Shown: one piece after another, positions 52,014 through 63,534 of the stretch
Position numbering within the stretch: the stretch's first letter is position 1
Layout: every line of letters starts with the position of its first letter
NCBI GenBank assembly: GCA_963796965.1
Contig: CAWCNS010000007.1
Location: 832,001 to 896,000, forward strand
Length of the DNA: 64,000 bases
Direction of reading: 5' to 3'
Source: Calditrichia bacterium
GTDB lineage: Bacteria; Calditrichota; Calditrichia; JAJRVZ01
The notes under the pieces: model-generated
Database searches by the model: none
What the model saw: the letters and a program-made list of their open reading frames with translations, nothing else
What the model was told of the DNA's origin: nothing
Program-made: the position numbers and the translations under genes

Positions 52014-52038
52014 ATTCTTTTTTCTTTTGTCTTTTTTC

Positions 52039-54372
52039 TTATTTCTTTAATACCCAAACATCCGACACATGCGAAAAATCTTTCCAGCGTAAGTGAGATT
52101 CTTCGGGTTGATCAAATGATACCATCATTCTTCCATCCTGCGTAATATGTTTTGGGATAACAAACTCCTTAAATCCACCCAACTCCTTATTGTAGAGAAT
52201 TGGCTGTAATCGCTCCCCATCAATCCTGATCAAGGCATCACCCAGGCCACAGACCCGGATGATATATCGTCCGTTGAAATCCAGGTTTTTATATTCTAAT
52301 ACAGGCTCCCATTGAAACAACTGAGATGATAACCTTGCCCGGCTATAACCACTATCCCACCAGGCCACATCACAAGCATCATACTGAGTTGTCTGGACCC
52401 GGCGACCGGTTTCAATATTGGATACATTGTCATAATAGTTTCCTCTTCCGGGGTTTTCCCAGGTGCGAATAATCTCAAGCCTCGCTATTTTGTCTTTATT
52501 GCTCTCCATTTTTCTTATTGTTGCAAACTCATCTTCCAGCCACCATCGATTGTTCAAGGGATAATTGACGAAGTCGAGGATACAACCCCGCTGTGAATTT
52601 GAAGCCTGGTATTTTGATACGCTTGTTTGAAGTCCAATGGACTTAAATAGATCATCACAATATTGGACAATTTTATTATAAAGATCCTGATTCATCGGTT
52701 TGGAATCTGCCTGATTGACTGTTTTTAAAATCTGATCCATAGATTTATCTATACCGATTTCCTGTACATTGGCAAGAATATTATTCGCCTTTTTTTCTAA
52801 TCCCGTCTCATATATTTTTCTGCGACGCTGATAGGTGTCATAATAAGCCCTTAGCACTAACTGCTGCCAGCGCCAGTTATCTCGTAATTGTGGATTGTTA
52901 TTCTCTAAGTTTTGCCAAAAGGCAAAAGCCGTTTCGACACCGCCATTTTCAATAATCGGACCTACCCAATTTTGTTCCAAAGCAAATATCCCATCAGCTG
53001 CCTCTTCGGCTACATCAGGGCCAAAAAAGAACCGGCAGTATTCGATCATGATATCCCGTACTTCCATCTCAATATCCCAGCCACGCATGCTCCAGATAAT
53101 CTTATTTACATCATCATGAACCCCATCAGAATAGGTTGAGAATCCATCAGTAAATGGCGCATAGGTGGCATGGATCTTCGCAGTGAAATTCGGACGGGGA
53201 TTAATGCCTTCTCGACCGATGGTCAACATATAGGCCTGGTCCCAATTCGCAACCGGAAACTCACAACGGACATTATGCGTGATATCGGGATATTGTCGGT
53301 GTTTGTATTGCCCCATAAGTCGGTGATGGGTTTCGGCAATAGGTGGGCTACTGGGTCCGGAGACAATTCCACTGAGCCAGTCGGGTTTCTGTTCTTCAAG
53401 ATAAGTATAAAAATAATCGATTTGTTCAGCATTAAATCCCTGCAATGAAATCCAGATTCCTGCCTGTGGATGATATTTTACCAATATGTCTGACAAATCC
53501 TTGAGAAAAGGCATTACTTCCCGTGGATGATTATGCCCTGGATCACCCCCCGGAAAAAATATATGATCAAGCCTTGGGCATTCTTTGTAGAATTTTTCAT
53601 GTGTTGCCAGCATTTCCTGACGTTTATCCGTATCTGTCAGATCAAAAGTGGCTGGCGTCCAAACCCAATAATCAATATCATAGGCAGCACAGATTTCACT
53701 CATACGGATATTCATCTCTTTTCTTGGAACGGGCATATGAGGACTGTCATCATTTTTACCAAAAGGAATATTCTCTATAGCATTTGTACCAAACAATACT
53801 AATTCGCGAATATATTTATCATATTGATTAACATCCCAGGCATCATAGGAATTTGCTGTATTCCGATAGCCCAATTGATGGCCGCGTATTGACTGCAGAG
53901 GAGAGGTGGCAAAGTCAATGGGGCCGTCCAAAAGAATTTGGTTTGGCTTCATGGCCATATTGCGAAGAAGATACCCTACGCCAAATACTGTGGCCCTGGC
54001 ATCAGCTCCAATAACCCATATGATAGTTTTACTTTCACTTTTCTCATAATACACCCGGTACCCTTCAGATTTATACTCAGAGTATTTGTTTATATCTCTT
54101 TTTGGGACCTTCTTTTCAAATAAATTCTGGTCTGATGACAACGTAATCGCTATCAATGAAGAATTATTCGTCTTCCAACTGGTAGAAGTCTGCCAACGAA
54201 ATGTTGTTCTTTTTTCCACTTCCTCCTGAAGAATCTTAACTAATGACTTCTTTACAGGAGATTTGATATTTGGGGATATAAGGATAGAGGTGTTTTGGAG
54301 ATCAACAGATTGAGCTCCTGCTAATGCCCAAAGAATAAATGTAAAAAATAAAATTGTAGTCATTTTCTTCAT
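52039..54372 (-). CDS. Secreted uncharacterised protein with GH20/GH67-like N-terminal domain
   Basis: Signal peptide; SEGY...GADARATVFGVGYLLR...P...RGHQLGYR; FFPGGDPG. Confidence 0.65.
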   Translation of the reverse strand: MKKMTTILFFTFILWALAGAQSVDLQNTSILISPNIKSPVKKSLVKILQEEVEKRTTFRWQTSTSWKTNNSSLIAITLSSDQNLFEKKVPKRDINKYSEYKSEGYRVYYEKSESKTIIWVIGADARATVFGVGYLLRNMAMKPNQILLDGPIDFATSPLQSIRGHQLGYRNTANSYDAWDVNQYDKYIRELVLFGTNAIENIPFGKNDDSPHMPVPRKEMNIRMSEICAAYDIDYWVWTPATFDLTDTDKRQEMLATHEKFYKECPRLDHIFFPGGDPGHNHPREVMPFLKDLSDILVKYHPQAGIWISLQGFNAEQIDYFYTYLEEQKPDWLSGIVSGPSSPPIAETHHRLMGQYKHRQYPDITHNVRCEFPVANWDQAYMLTIGREGINPRPNFTAKIHATYAPFTDGFSTYSDGVHDDVNKIIWSMRGWDIEMEVRDIMIEYCRFFFGPDVAEEAADGIFALEQNWVGPIIENGGVETAFAFWQNLENNNPQLRDNWRWQQLVLRAYYDTYQRRRKIYETGLEKKANNILANVQEIGIDKSMDQILKTVNQADSKPMNQDLYNKIVQYCDDLFKSIGLQTSVSKYQASNSQRGCILDFVNYPLNNRWWLEDEFATIRKMESNKDKIARLEIIRTWENPGRGNYYDNVSNIETGRRVQTTQYDACDVAWWDSGYSRARLSSQLFQWEPVLEYKNLDFNGRYIIRVCGLGDALIRIDGERLQPILYNKELGGFKEFVIPKHITQDGRMMVSFDQPEESHLRWKDFSHVSDVWVLKK

Positions 54373-54462
54373 CCAGTATATCTCCTTTCAAGAAATTTTA
54401 TTGCCACAGAGTTGAAGATTTACGGCTATTGCTGAACTGTGATATATTAATTGAATTACTAA

Positions 54463-54490
54463 TAGAGACGTCCCCACGGGACGTCTCTAC
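54463..54490 (-). repeat. GTAG-type REP palindrome
   Basis: Minus strand GTAG-AGACGTCCC-GTG-GGGACGTCT-CTA. Confidence 0.75.
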
Positions 54491-54556
54491 AACGTAAATA
54501 TAATCAATGCATTTTCTTTTGATTAATAGTTTTTTACAAAATTTTAAAAATATTTT

Positions 54557-54736
54557 TGTCATTCTGTTGGGATCTTCCCTATTGTCGGATCTCCGTTTGC
54601 ACCTAGGAAGATCTCTTTGGGATGACTTGTATTGATGATCTGCATTCGTGTAAATTCGACCTGTCCCGTTCTACGGGAGTAATTCGTGGATATAACCTAT
54701 TTAACAGATCTGCGGTCTCCGCCTCCGGTTTCCGGT
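54557..54736. repeat. C unit plus B arm with mini-hairpin insert plus CGGTCTC-like heptamers
   Basis: tgtcattctgttgggatcttcc...tttgcacctaggaagatc...gggatgac; attcgtgtaaattc[gacctgtcccgttctacggga]gtaattcgtgga; gcggtctccgcctccggtttccggt. Confidence 0.8.
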
Positions 54737-54738
54737 AT

Positions 54739-57352
54739 TCATTTTTTCATCAACCAGACCTCCGAGACAATCGTCCCCCACCCGCCTGAATTTCGCCATT
54801 GCTCTCGAGAGACCCGATCGCCATTTGCTACATCTGATGCCTTCTCCATACGGATAATCAACTCGCCATCTTCTGTTACCGCCTGGGGAATATCAAAAGT
54901 AAAAAAATCACTCATCTGGAGAGGAATCTCAAGATTATCTGCCAACACCAAATCATCTGCATAAATCGTCTGGCTTTTTTGATTCATGCGATGGGCATAG
55001 CGTTCCTGGTACCAGGGTCGTACCAGGGTAAATCGTACCTGATAGACTGGCCTTGGGATCAAGATCATCATATTTGAGTGTAACTCCCCTCGCTTCATCC
55101 TGGGTAAAATGCATCGAACGTTGGCTGGCTCTGTTAGACTCCGAGAGCATCTGACTCACATAAGGTTGCCCATGGTCATAAGGATATCCAAAAACAACAT
55201 TGGGTGCAGAATTATTAGTGCCCAGATTATCATAGAATCCCCCCTCACCAGGATTATCATAATCGATAATCATTTTCAGCAAAAATGTTCGTTCATCCCC
55301 TTCTGTCTCTATTGCCCTTTCCAACTGACGTCTGATCCAACCCAATCCAACATAGTCATGCGTAAGGTTAAAATACCCCTCACTCCTGACACCAAAAAGA
55401 TTATTACTCTCCTCACCTAAGTGACCTGCTTCTTCTCGTAACATGGTCATGTGCTCTGTTTCTTCCGGAACGCCCAGTCCTCTTATCATTTTATCAATGA
55501 TTGAATCATTTTCTATAACTTCAATAATCTCAGAAACTTGCTTCTCAACTCGCTTTTGTAATTCAATCTGCTGTCGCACTGCTAATTGCACATATTTATC
55601 AAGCGCTCCCTTTTGCATGTACATGCGCCAAAGCCAGTTATTTTTCATAATCTCTGCCGGCATAACTTCACCTGCTTTTTTAACCAGATTATAATAAGTA
55701 TCGATCTCCTTTTTTATATTTAAGGGCTTATCGAGCTGTTCTTCAAGATTCTCTTCTAATTGAAAAATTGCCTCTAACATGTAGGGCGCTGACTCTTCTC
55801 CAAACCACGTTTTACAATATTCATTCACCACTTCTTCCACGGTCATTCGCGGTGACCAAAGAAGTCTTTGCCACATCCATTGGTTAAAATGATCGTGGTG
55901 ACCACTGGAATGAGTAATATCACCTATACCATAAGGCATTAAATCATTGAATACACGGTGATAATATCTGGGCCAGGCAAAAAAAGTCAGACGGTTGTAC
56001 ACCATGGTAAGGAATTGATCAGGTCGGCGCTCATAAATTTCATGACTCCAATGTGGGGGAAGGTCTCCACGGCGGTCGGCCCTCGGATACATTTGAATAT
56101 ATGCATGCTGCGCATATTTCCAGTGAGTTATTTCGTTATAATAGACCAGATCATGTTCTGGAGGAAGCTGATGAAGAATTTCCTTGGGATATAATCCATA
56201 AGGTCCAAAACCGGGATACTTAAAGAGATCCATACGATGCGTTTGACGGTGTCCAGGTTGCCAGCTGGTTGCATCTGAACCAGGGCCATAACCCCAGGCC
56301 CATAACCAATCACGCGGTTTTTCCTGTAAGTAGTTAAATATTGCATTATCATCATCATTATCAAATTTCTGATTGGTAAAAAATATTCGTGTTGTAGGAT
56401 GGTATTTATGGATAATTGAGGCCATTTCCTCGACCGTTTTAATAAAAGTCAAACCATAAGGCTCACAACGGTCACATTCACACCCGCCACCATCACCGCC
56501 ATGGAACTTAACCAGATCGTAGGTGGGGCTATCCCTAAATTCCTCCTCACATTTTTTAAGCATAAAATTTCTGGCTTCTGGTACGGACAGACAAACATAT
56601 CCAAGCCGACCGATCGATTCAGAAGCATTCCATTCCATTGGCAAGTCCCGCCCACCTGTGTTGGCACCAAATCGTCCCTGGGTCATCAAACCATATGATT
56701 TAATAACTTCATAAATAGGTCCGGGTGTTGCATCAAAGATATTCGCCCCTGCCAGAGCATAGTCGAGAATAACCCTCTGTGTTTCTTCAGACGTCCAGTT
56801 ACGAACATGAGCTAACTTTTTCGCCACATGGCTCTGGCCATATTGGGTGCCGCGGATTTCAAACGCAGGTGCAGACCGTAAATTAAGTGCATCAGAAAGA
56901 GAAATGAGGCCTCCCTCGATCCGTATCTGACGAAGCATCTCTCCTACCGCATACAAACAACCTCTGTCATCCACGCCTGCTACCAATAACAAATTATTTT
57001 TATTGGAGGAGATCATTTTGAGAAGAAATCCCTCAGGACCCGGCGCCAGGTTTGTTAAAGGTGGAATCCGGTTCGATTCAAGTTGACGGCTTAAGTCAAC
57101 ATTGTGATGAGGTATTCCATATATCACATGTAACACACCCGGATTATATAGATCCGATTTTTTCCATGATTCAATGATTGTCGTTTTAATTTTTGACTCT
57201 TCCAAGCGGTCAACCAGGAGATGGGCAATATTTTTTTCAATTATGCCGGCTGATTTTCCCACATGCACAACAACCTGATTATAATCAGCAGCATGAACAA
57301 CACTTGATAAGAAGATAGAAAGGATACTTAATTGATATAGATATCTATTCAT
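54739..57352 (-). CDS. Secreted uncharacterised protein, distant paralogue of 52039..54372 (frameshift near 55050)
   Basis: Signal peptide; PEGF...GVDDRGCLYAVGEMLR...PAFEIRG; FHGGDGGGCEC; NWLWR; GEGGFYDNLG; ends SEVWLMKK. Confidence 0.65.
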
Positions 57353-57363
57353 ACTTTTTAGCC

Positions 57364-57862
57364 TCATCTTAGAACAAAAATCAGTTCATCAACCTCTTCA
57401 CCCCGGGCATTAGCAAATCCCCTATCCTCTCCGAAAGGAACAAAACCACATTTTTCCAAGACCTTGATTGAACCAATATTATCCTTTACAACCCGGGCGT
57501 ACAGTGGTCGAATATCAATGTTTTTTAAAAAGATGCTCAAAGCCCTTGTGGTGATTCCCTTTCCCCAAAATTCCTGACCTATCCAGTCAGCTGACTTCCG
57601 GATCACCAAACCATCCATGGCATAAAACACTTCCAGCAACCTCTTCATTGAAAAGAATCGTCTTTATTGTTATAGTATCATCCTTTAATATCTTATCCAT
57701 TTTAGCGTCATATGCTTCCCGATCAGATGGATCTTTTGCTGTGAAAGCTGCCATGAAGTTTGCTTCGGGATCCAGTTGGTGCTGAAAAAAGATTTCTCGG
57801 TCGGAATTGATGACATCCCTCAGAGATATACTTTTGTGTTTTTTTATTATTGTGCTAGTCAT
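57364..57862 (-). CDS. RimJ/RimL-type GNAT acetyltransferase (frameshift near 57590)
   Basis: WIGQEFWGKGITT, DNIGSIKVLEKCGF. Confidence 0.85.
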
Positions 57863-58126
57863 AAATTCCCCTCATATTTTTCTTTTTACAAATCATACAA
57901 AATCAAAAGCAGAAACCTTATCAATATTAAGTGAAATAAGGCTAAATATTCAAATTTTTTCTACATTAATCGGCCGCGATATCATTTAGTCAAATGAATT
58001 ATTTTTAATATCAATTATAACTGGGATTGAGGAAGAAAATTCTTGATAATATTGTCCTAATAAACTTAACTTTAATTGCACGCCATTGGAAAAATTCCAT
58101 TTAACTTACAATTAGGAGATTTTATC

Positions 58127-58297
58127 ATGAGATTAAATGCACCTAAAAAAAATATTTGGTGGATATCTGTGATTCTGGGCGTCTTGGGTGTGCTAGGCGC
58201 AGTTGTAACTATTCCGTTTATTTCGGCCTATGCTTTTTGGCTTGTGACTGTTGGTTTTATATTACTTGCCCTAAGTACTGTTTTAAAGGGTATGTAA
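58127..58297 (+). CDS. Small two-TM membrane protein (56 aa)
   Basis: AGGAG RBS; MRLNAPKK followed by two hydrophobic helices. Confidence 0.75.
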   Translation: MRLNAPKKNIWWISVILGVLGVLGAVVTIPFISAYAFWLVTVGFILLALSTVLKGM

Positions 58298-58308
58298 GGT
58301 TTCTTCCT

Positions 58309-58368
58309 GTGAAGACCTGACTCGGTGGAAAATCTTCGGGCGTGTAAAAAATCAGTTTAGGTCTTCAC
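58309..58368. repeat. 10-bp inverted repeat between convergent genes
   Basis: gtgaagacct ... aggtcttcac. Confidence 0.45.
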
Positions 58369-58402
58369 CTTTTGATTTCTCCCATAATAGAAACCTATTC
58401 AA

Positions 58403-59380
58403 TTAAATCATAAAAGCAGTTGGAATCCTCATTAATATATTTTGCATATCTTCAGGTATGTCACTTTCAAATTTCATTTTTTTCTCGGAAATGGGATGGA
58501 TAAATTCCAGGTCTTTGGCATGTAGTGCTTGTCGATCTATTGCTTTTAATAAAGCCATTCCCCTCTTTTGGAGGTGTGGAGGGAGTCTGTTGATTTGACT
58601 TTTTCGCCCATTATATTCTGGATCACCAAAAATCGGGTGATTGAGATAATTTAAATGTACACGAATTTGATGGGTTCTTCCCGTTTCCAGAAATATTTCC
58701 AGATGAGAGAGAAATATAAAATCTTTTATCAGTTGGAAATGCGTTATCGCTTCCCGACCTCTGTCTTTAAGCACGGTCATCTTTTTTCTATCTCGTCTGC
58801 TTCGACCAATTTGAGTTCTAATCTCTCCCTCATTTTCTGAAGGAACGCCCCAGACAATAGCATGATAGGTCCGTTTTATTGTCTTACTCTCAAATTGACG
58901 GGATAACTTATGATGACTCTTATCATTTTTAGCTACCACCAATAAGCCTGAAGTATCTTTATCCAAACGATGGACAATTCCGGGTCTCATTATCCCATTT
59001 ATCCCGGAAAGCGATTTGCAATGAAATAGTAATCCATTCACCAGGGTGTGATTGCGATTGCCTGCACCAGGATGTACAATCAATCCAGCCGGTTTATTGA
59101 CTACCAGCAAATCATCATCTTCAAAAATGATTTCAATGGGGATGTCCTCTGGAACTATCTGGCTGAGTTCCGGTTCGGGAAAGGAAATAGCAATTATATC
59201 CTCTGCCTTAAGATTATAACCACTTTTAACAGAATGATCATTAACTAAGACAAGATTATTATCTATCAGATTTTTCAGATGAGAACGTGTAAGATCGCCA
59301 TACTTTAGGCTGAGATATTTATCTAGCCTTTGGCCGGCATCCAGGAGGGAGATTTTATAGTGATCGAAATTTTTCTTCAA
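58403..59380 (-). CDS. rluD: RluA/RluD family pseudouridine synthase
   Basis: S4 domain RLDKYL, NKPAGLIVHP, HRLDKDTSG, TGRTHQIRVH, RQALHA. Confidence 0.9.
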   Translation of the reverse strand: MKKNFDHYKISLLDAGQRLDKYLSLKYGDLTRSHLKNLIDNNLVLVNDHSVKSGYNLKAEDIIAISFPEPELSQIVPEDIPIEIIFEDDDLLVVNKPAGLIVHPGAGNRNHTLVNGLLFHCKSLSGINGIMRPGIVHRLDKDTSGLLVVAKNDKSHHKLSRQFESKTIKRTYHAIVWGVPSENEGEIRTQIGRSRRDRKKMTVLKDRGREAITHFQLIKDFIFLSHLEIFLETGRTHQIRVHLNYLNHPIFGDPEYNGRKSQINRLPPHLQKRGMALLKAIDRQALHAKDLEFIHPISEKKMKFESDIPEDMQNILMRIPTAFMI

Positions 59381-59382
59381 AC

Positions 59383-59946
59383 CTAAGTGGATACTTCTTG
59401 TTGTTCGGGTGGTTTTTGGAATAGAATGTACCAGATAATTAATATCATTCCACAGGTAACGGCTGAATCGGCAACGTTAAAAACCGGCCACCGTGTAAGA
59501 GCATAACCTGGGAAATCTATAAATAAAAACTGGAATGAAGGAAGTGAAATATCAAAGAATTCTACATCAAGAAAATCAACTACTCGTCCTACGGCAATAC
59601 GGTCAATCAGATTCCCAATGGCTCCGCCCATTATAAGAGCTAATGCAAATCTAAAAAGAAATTGCTCTTTGGGCATTCGAAAGAGATAAACAAATACAAT
59701 AATCGCAGCAAGAATGGAAAGTGCCACAAAGACAGACCGACTTCCCATCTGTATACCAAATGCCATTCCTGCATTCTCAATATAAGTTATCTTGAAAAAA
59801 CTGCCCATCACATCAAATGATTCATACAATTGCATCGTATTTTTAATTATATACTTGCTTATCTGGTCAAGTATGACAATAACCGTAGCCGTAATATATA
59901 TAATCATAGATTGATGATTTATGTTAAGTTTATTTCCACTAATCAT
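59383..59946 (-). CDS. lspA: Signal peptidase II (start uncertain: 59946 or 59907)
   Basis: DQISK, ENAGMAFG, GGAIGNLIDR, VVDF, WPVFNVADS. Confidence 0.95.
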   Translation of the reverse strand: MISGNKLNINHQSMIIYITATVIVILDQISKYIIKNTMQLYESFDVMGSFFKITYIENAGMAFGIQMGSRSVFVALSILAAIIVFVYLFRMPKEQFLFRFALALIMGGAIGNLIDRIAVGRVVDFLDVEFFDISLPSFQFLFIDFPGYALTRWPVFNVADSAVTCGMILIIWYILFQKPPEQQEVST

Positions 59947-60331
59947 CAGAAACCGGACGCCCCGCTTTACCTTCTTGTATTTTTGCTTCATACGAGATTG
60001 TTGTGGTGGGTACAGCTTCCATTCTTTCTTTGCCGATATCTTTTCCTGTCACCCGACAAATCCCATAAGTACCATTTTCTATTCTCTCCAAAGCTGCATT
60101 AATTTGCTTGAGGTACTTTTCATCGCGGGAAGCAAACAAAAAGGCTTTTTCCCTCTCCATGGCATCGGTACCCTGATCAGCCATATGGAAGGAATAGGCA
60201 GAGTGATCACCGGAAGCCTCTTGATTTGTAGAACTCGTGGTAACACCACGAAAATATTCTATGTTCTTTACGAGTTCTTCCCTTTTCTTAAGCAAAAGGT
60301 CTTTAAAATAAGCCAGATCCTTTTTATTCAT
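59939..60331 (-). CDS. TraR/DksA family transcription factor
   Basis: HMADQGTD, ALERIENGTYGIC..TG, ERMEAVP; only one zinc-finger Cys retained. Confidence 0.9.
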   Translation of the reverse strand: MNKKDLAYFKDLLLKKREELVKNIEYFRGVTTSSTNQEASGDHSAYSFHMADQGTDAMEREKAFLFASRDEKYLKQINAALERIENGTYGICRVTGKDIGKERMEAVPTTTISYEAKIQEGKAGRPVSDD

Positions 60332-60334
60332 ACG

Positions 60335-63300
60335 TCAAACCTCCTGGACGTTTTCTTTTTTAGTTAATCCGATGAGTAGCGACTCATCACCAATTGTTAT
60401 TTTATTTAAATTTAAATTACCATCACCCTTATATGAAATATCCACTGCTAATGTTTCATTCATAATGTATTTTTGTTTGTTTTTTATGGCCGTAGTCATA
60501 TATACAGATAAATCATCCAAATATACTTCGATTCTATCGGTCACAGAAAAGCCACTATCTTTTCTCAAATTTTGAATACGATTGATGAGTTCTCTTGCAA
60601 ATCCCTCTTCAAGCAAATCATCACTCAAAGATAAATCCAGAGCTAAAGTCAGGTCGGCATCTGTATAAGTAGCATATCCTTCTTTAGAATCGGTACGAAT
60701 TTCTATATCTTCAGGCAATAATTTAATTTCTTGACCATCTAAGGAGACCCGTTCAAATCCATTTTTTTCAAAATTATCAATCTGATTCCGTGAGAAGGAC
60801 TGGATAATCGGGGCAAGTTTCCCCATTTGTTTGCCTACTTTTGGCCCCAGCACTTTAAAATTTGCTTTGGCAGTCTTGACAACAAGATCATCTGCAGAAT
60901 CAAAGACTTCTATCTTTTTAATATTTAACTCATCGCAGATTATTACCGACATTTTTAGCAAATCATCCCGATCGTTCTCATTTACCACAGAGATCACCAG
61001 GCGTGATAGCGGTTGTCTTACACGGATATTGCTTTCATTACGAAGAGAATGTGTAAGAGATACAACCTTTTGTACCAACATCATTCTATGTTCGAGGCCT
61101 TCGTCACGAAGCCCCTTCTGGATTTCGGTTAATGCCGGATAATCACAAAGGTGAACGCTTTCCGGTTCATCTTCATTTCTTAAATTAGAAAAAATATCTT
61201 CTGCTATAAAAGGTGTATAAGGCGCAATAAGTTTTGCCATCGTTATTAGCACCTCATATAAGGTCTCATAAGCAGAAAGTTTATCGTTCCAATCTTCACT
61301 TTTCCAGAATCGTCTTCTGTTGCGGCGAACATACCAATTCGAGACATCATCAACAAGATAGTCACTTATCATGCGTGCTGCACGCGTCAATTCATAATCG
61401 TCCATGGACAGATTTACTTGTTCAATTACGCCATAGAGTTTAGTAAATAATCCAACGGTCAATTTCAGGTCTTTCTTCAAACGCTATCTCTTGTTTACCT
61501 GGCTGATAGTTGTCAATGTTTGCATACAGAACAAAAAATGAATAGGTATTTAGAAGCGTATTCATAAACTTTCTTAAAACTTCTTTAATACCTTCCTCAT
61601 CAAAACGTTTTGGTGTCCAGGGCGGGCTAACCGTCAAAAGATACCACCGCACGGTATCTGCCCCGTACCGGGATATTATTTCTTCCGGTACAACAACATT
61701 CCCCTTGGTCTTGGACATCTTCTGTCCTTCTTTATCAAGGATGAGTTCATTGACCACAATATTTTTGTATGCCGGTTTATTAAACAGCAATGTGGAAATG
61801 GCCAGAAGCGAATAAAACCACCCTCTGGTCTGATCTATTCCCTCACAGATAAAGTCTGCCGGAAAATTCTTTTCAAACTGTTCTTTATTCTCAAAAGGAT
61901 AATGATACTGTGCATATGGCATGCTCCCAGAGTCGAACCAACAGTCGATAACCTCCGGCACGCGGTGCATTATTCCCTCACATTTTTCACATTTTAGAGC
62001 GATATTATCAACATCAGGTTTGTGTAGATCAAGTCTCTGCCGGGACGTCAATACCCCTTTCCCTCAATTCCTCGATACTGCCAATGGCAGTGTTTGATTC
62101 ACAAGAATCACAAATCCAAATATTTAGGGGAGTTCCCCAGTAACGATCACGGGAGAGAGACCAATCGATATTATTTTTTAGCCATTCCCCAAAACGTCCA
62201 CTACCTACCTCTGGAGGATGCCAGTTAATCTTTTCATTATTAGCGAGTAGATCCTCTTTGTGTTTTGAGGTCCGAATATACCATGATTCTCGGGCATAAT
62301 AGAGCAAGGGTGTATGACAACGCCAACAATGAGGGTAACTATGCTCAATGGTGATCTTTTTTACTAATTTTTTTTCTTCTTTAAGGTCCTGAATTATATT
62401 TTTGTCTGCGTCTTTTACAAACTGATTCTTATAATCCGATACAATATCCTCAAATTTTCCACTGGCATTTACAGGACGTACAATAGGAAGATCATATTTT
62501 AATCCTACCTGATAATCATCCTCACCAAATGCCGGCGCTATGTGAACAATTCCCGTACCATCAGAAGTAGAGACGAAATCACCCAGAATCACATAAAAAG
62601 TCTTTTTTATCTACTGGTACAAAATCAAATAGCCTTTCATACTCTTGTCCTTCAAGGTCTTTTCCTTTATACCTGTTTAAGATCTTTATATTATCCGTTT
62701 CATATAAATCAGGAACTCTTTCCTCAGCAATAATATAAGAAGAGCCTTCCGATTCAATCTCAACATAATCAATATCAACACCGACTGCCAGAGCAACATT
62801 TGAAATAAGGGTCCAGGGAGTAGTTGTCCATACAAGGAAATAGCGATTTTCTTTGTCTTTTCGTTTCAGCCTTACATAGATGGACGGATCTTTTACATCT
62901 TTATACCCCTGAGAAACTTCATGACTTGAAATAGGTGTCTCACAACGTGGACAGTACGGTAAGATCTTAAAACCCTGGTAAAGAAGGTCTTTTTTCCATA
63001 TTTCCTTTAGGATCCACCATACAGATTCGATATAGTCATTTGTAAAGGTTATATATGGATGTTCAAGGTCAACCCAATAACCGATCCTCTCTGTCAGGCT
63101 GTCCCATTCCTTCTTATAATGAAAAACACTGTCTTTGCATTCTTTATTGAATTTTGCAACACCAAATTTCTCGATTTCATCTTTCCCATTGATATTTAGT
63201 TTTTTCTCAACTTCAATCTCAACAGGCAAACCATGGGTATCCCAACCCGCTTTACGCCGCACGAGGTACCCCTTCATCGCTTTATAACGACAAACCACAT

Positions 63301-63496
63301 CTTTTACTGTTCTTGATATTACATGATGAATTCCAGGCCGACCATTGGCCGTTGGCGGACCCTCATAAAAGACAAACTCTTTCTCATCCTTTCTGAGATC
63401 CAGGCTCTTTTTAAAAATATTATTGTCTGCCCAGAATTCAAGAATATTTTTTTCTTTATCAGAAAGATTGAGTTTACTTGATACTTCCCTGAACAT
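60335..63496 (-). CDS. ileS: Isoleucyl-tRNA synthetase, type 2 (three frameshifts)
   Basis: [57 protein letters not shown]. Confidence 0.97.
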
Positions 63497-63534
63497 TTGA
63501 ATATCCGCCTTACTTCTTACTGCGGTAAAGCAAC

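Noticed and set aside
5725..54736. CRISPR array
   Set aside because: The repeats are dispersed, inverted and degenerate, with no regular repeat-spacer period and no cas genes.
60335..63496. ileS, argC, amtB, hisB, trpF and others as pseudogenes or programmed frameshifts
   Set aside because: Single-base indels are scattered across unrelated genes, including normally essential ileS, often at homopolymers, with motifs intact. Sequencing error is the simpler explanation.
63497..63534. T-box or other leader before ileS
   Set aside because: The gap is only 38 nt; ileS appears co-transcribed with the phosphorylase gene.
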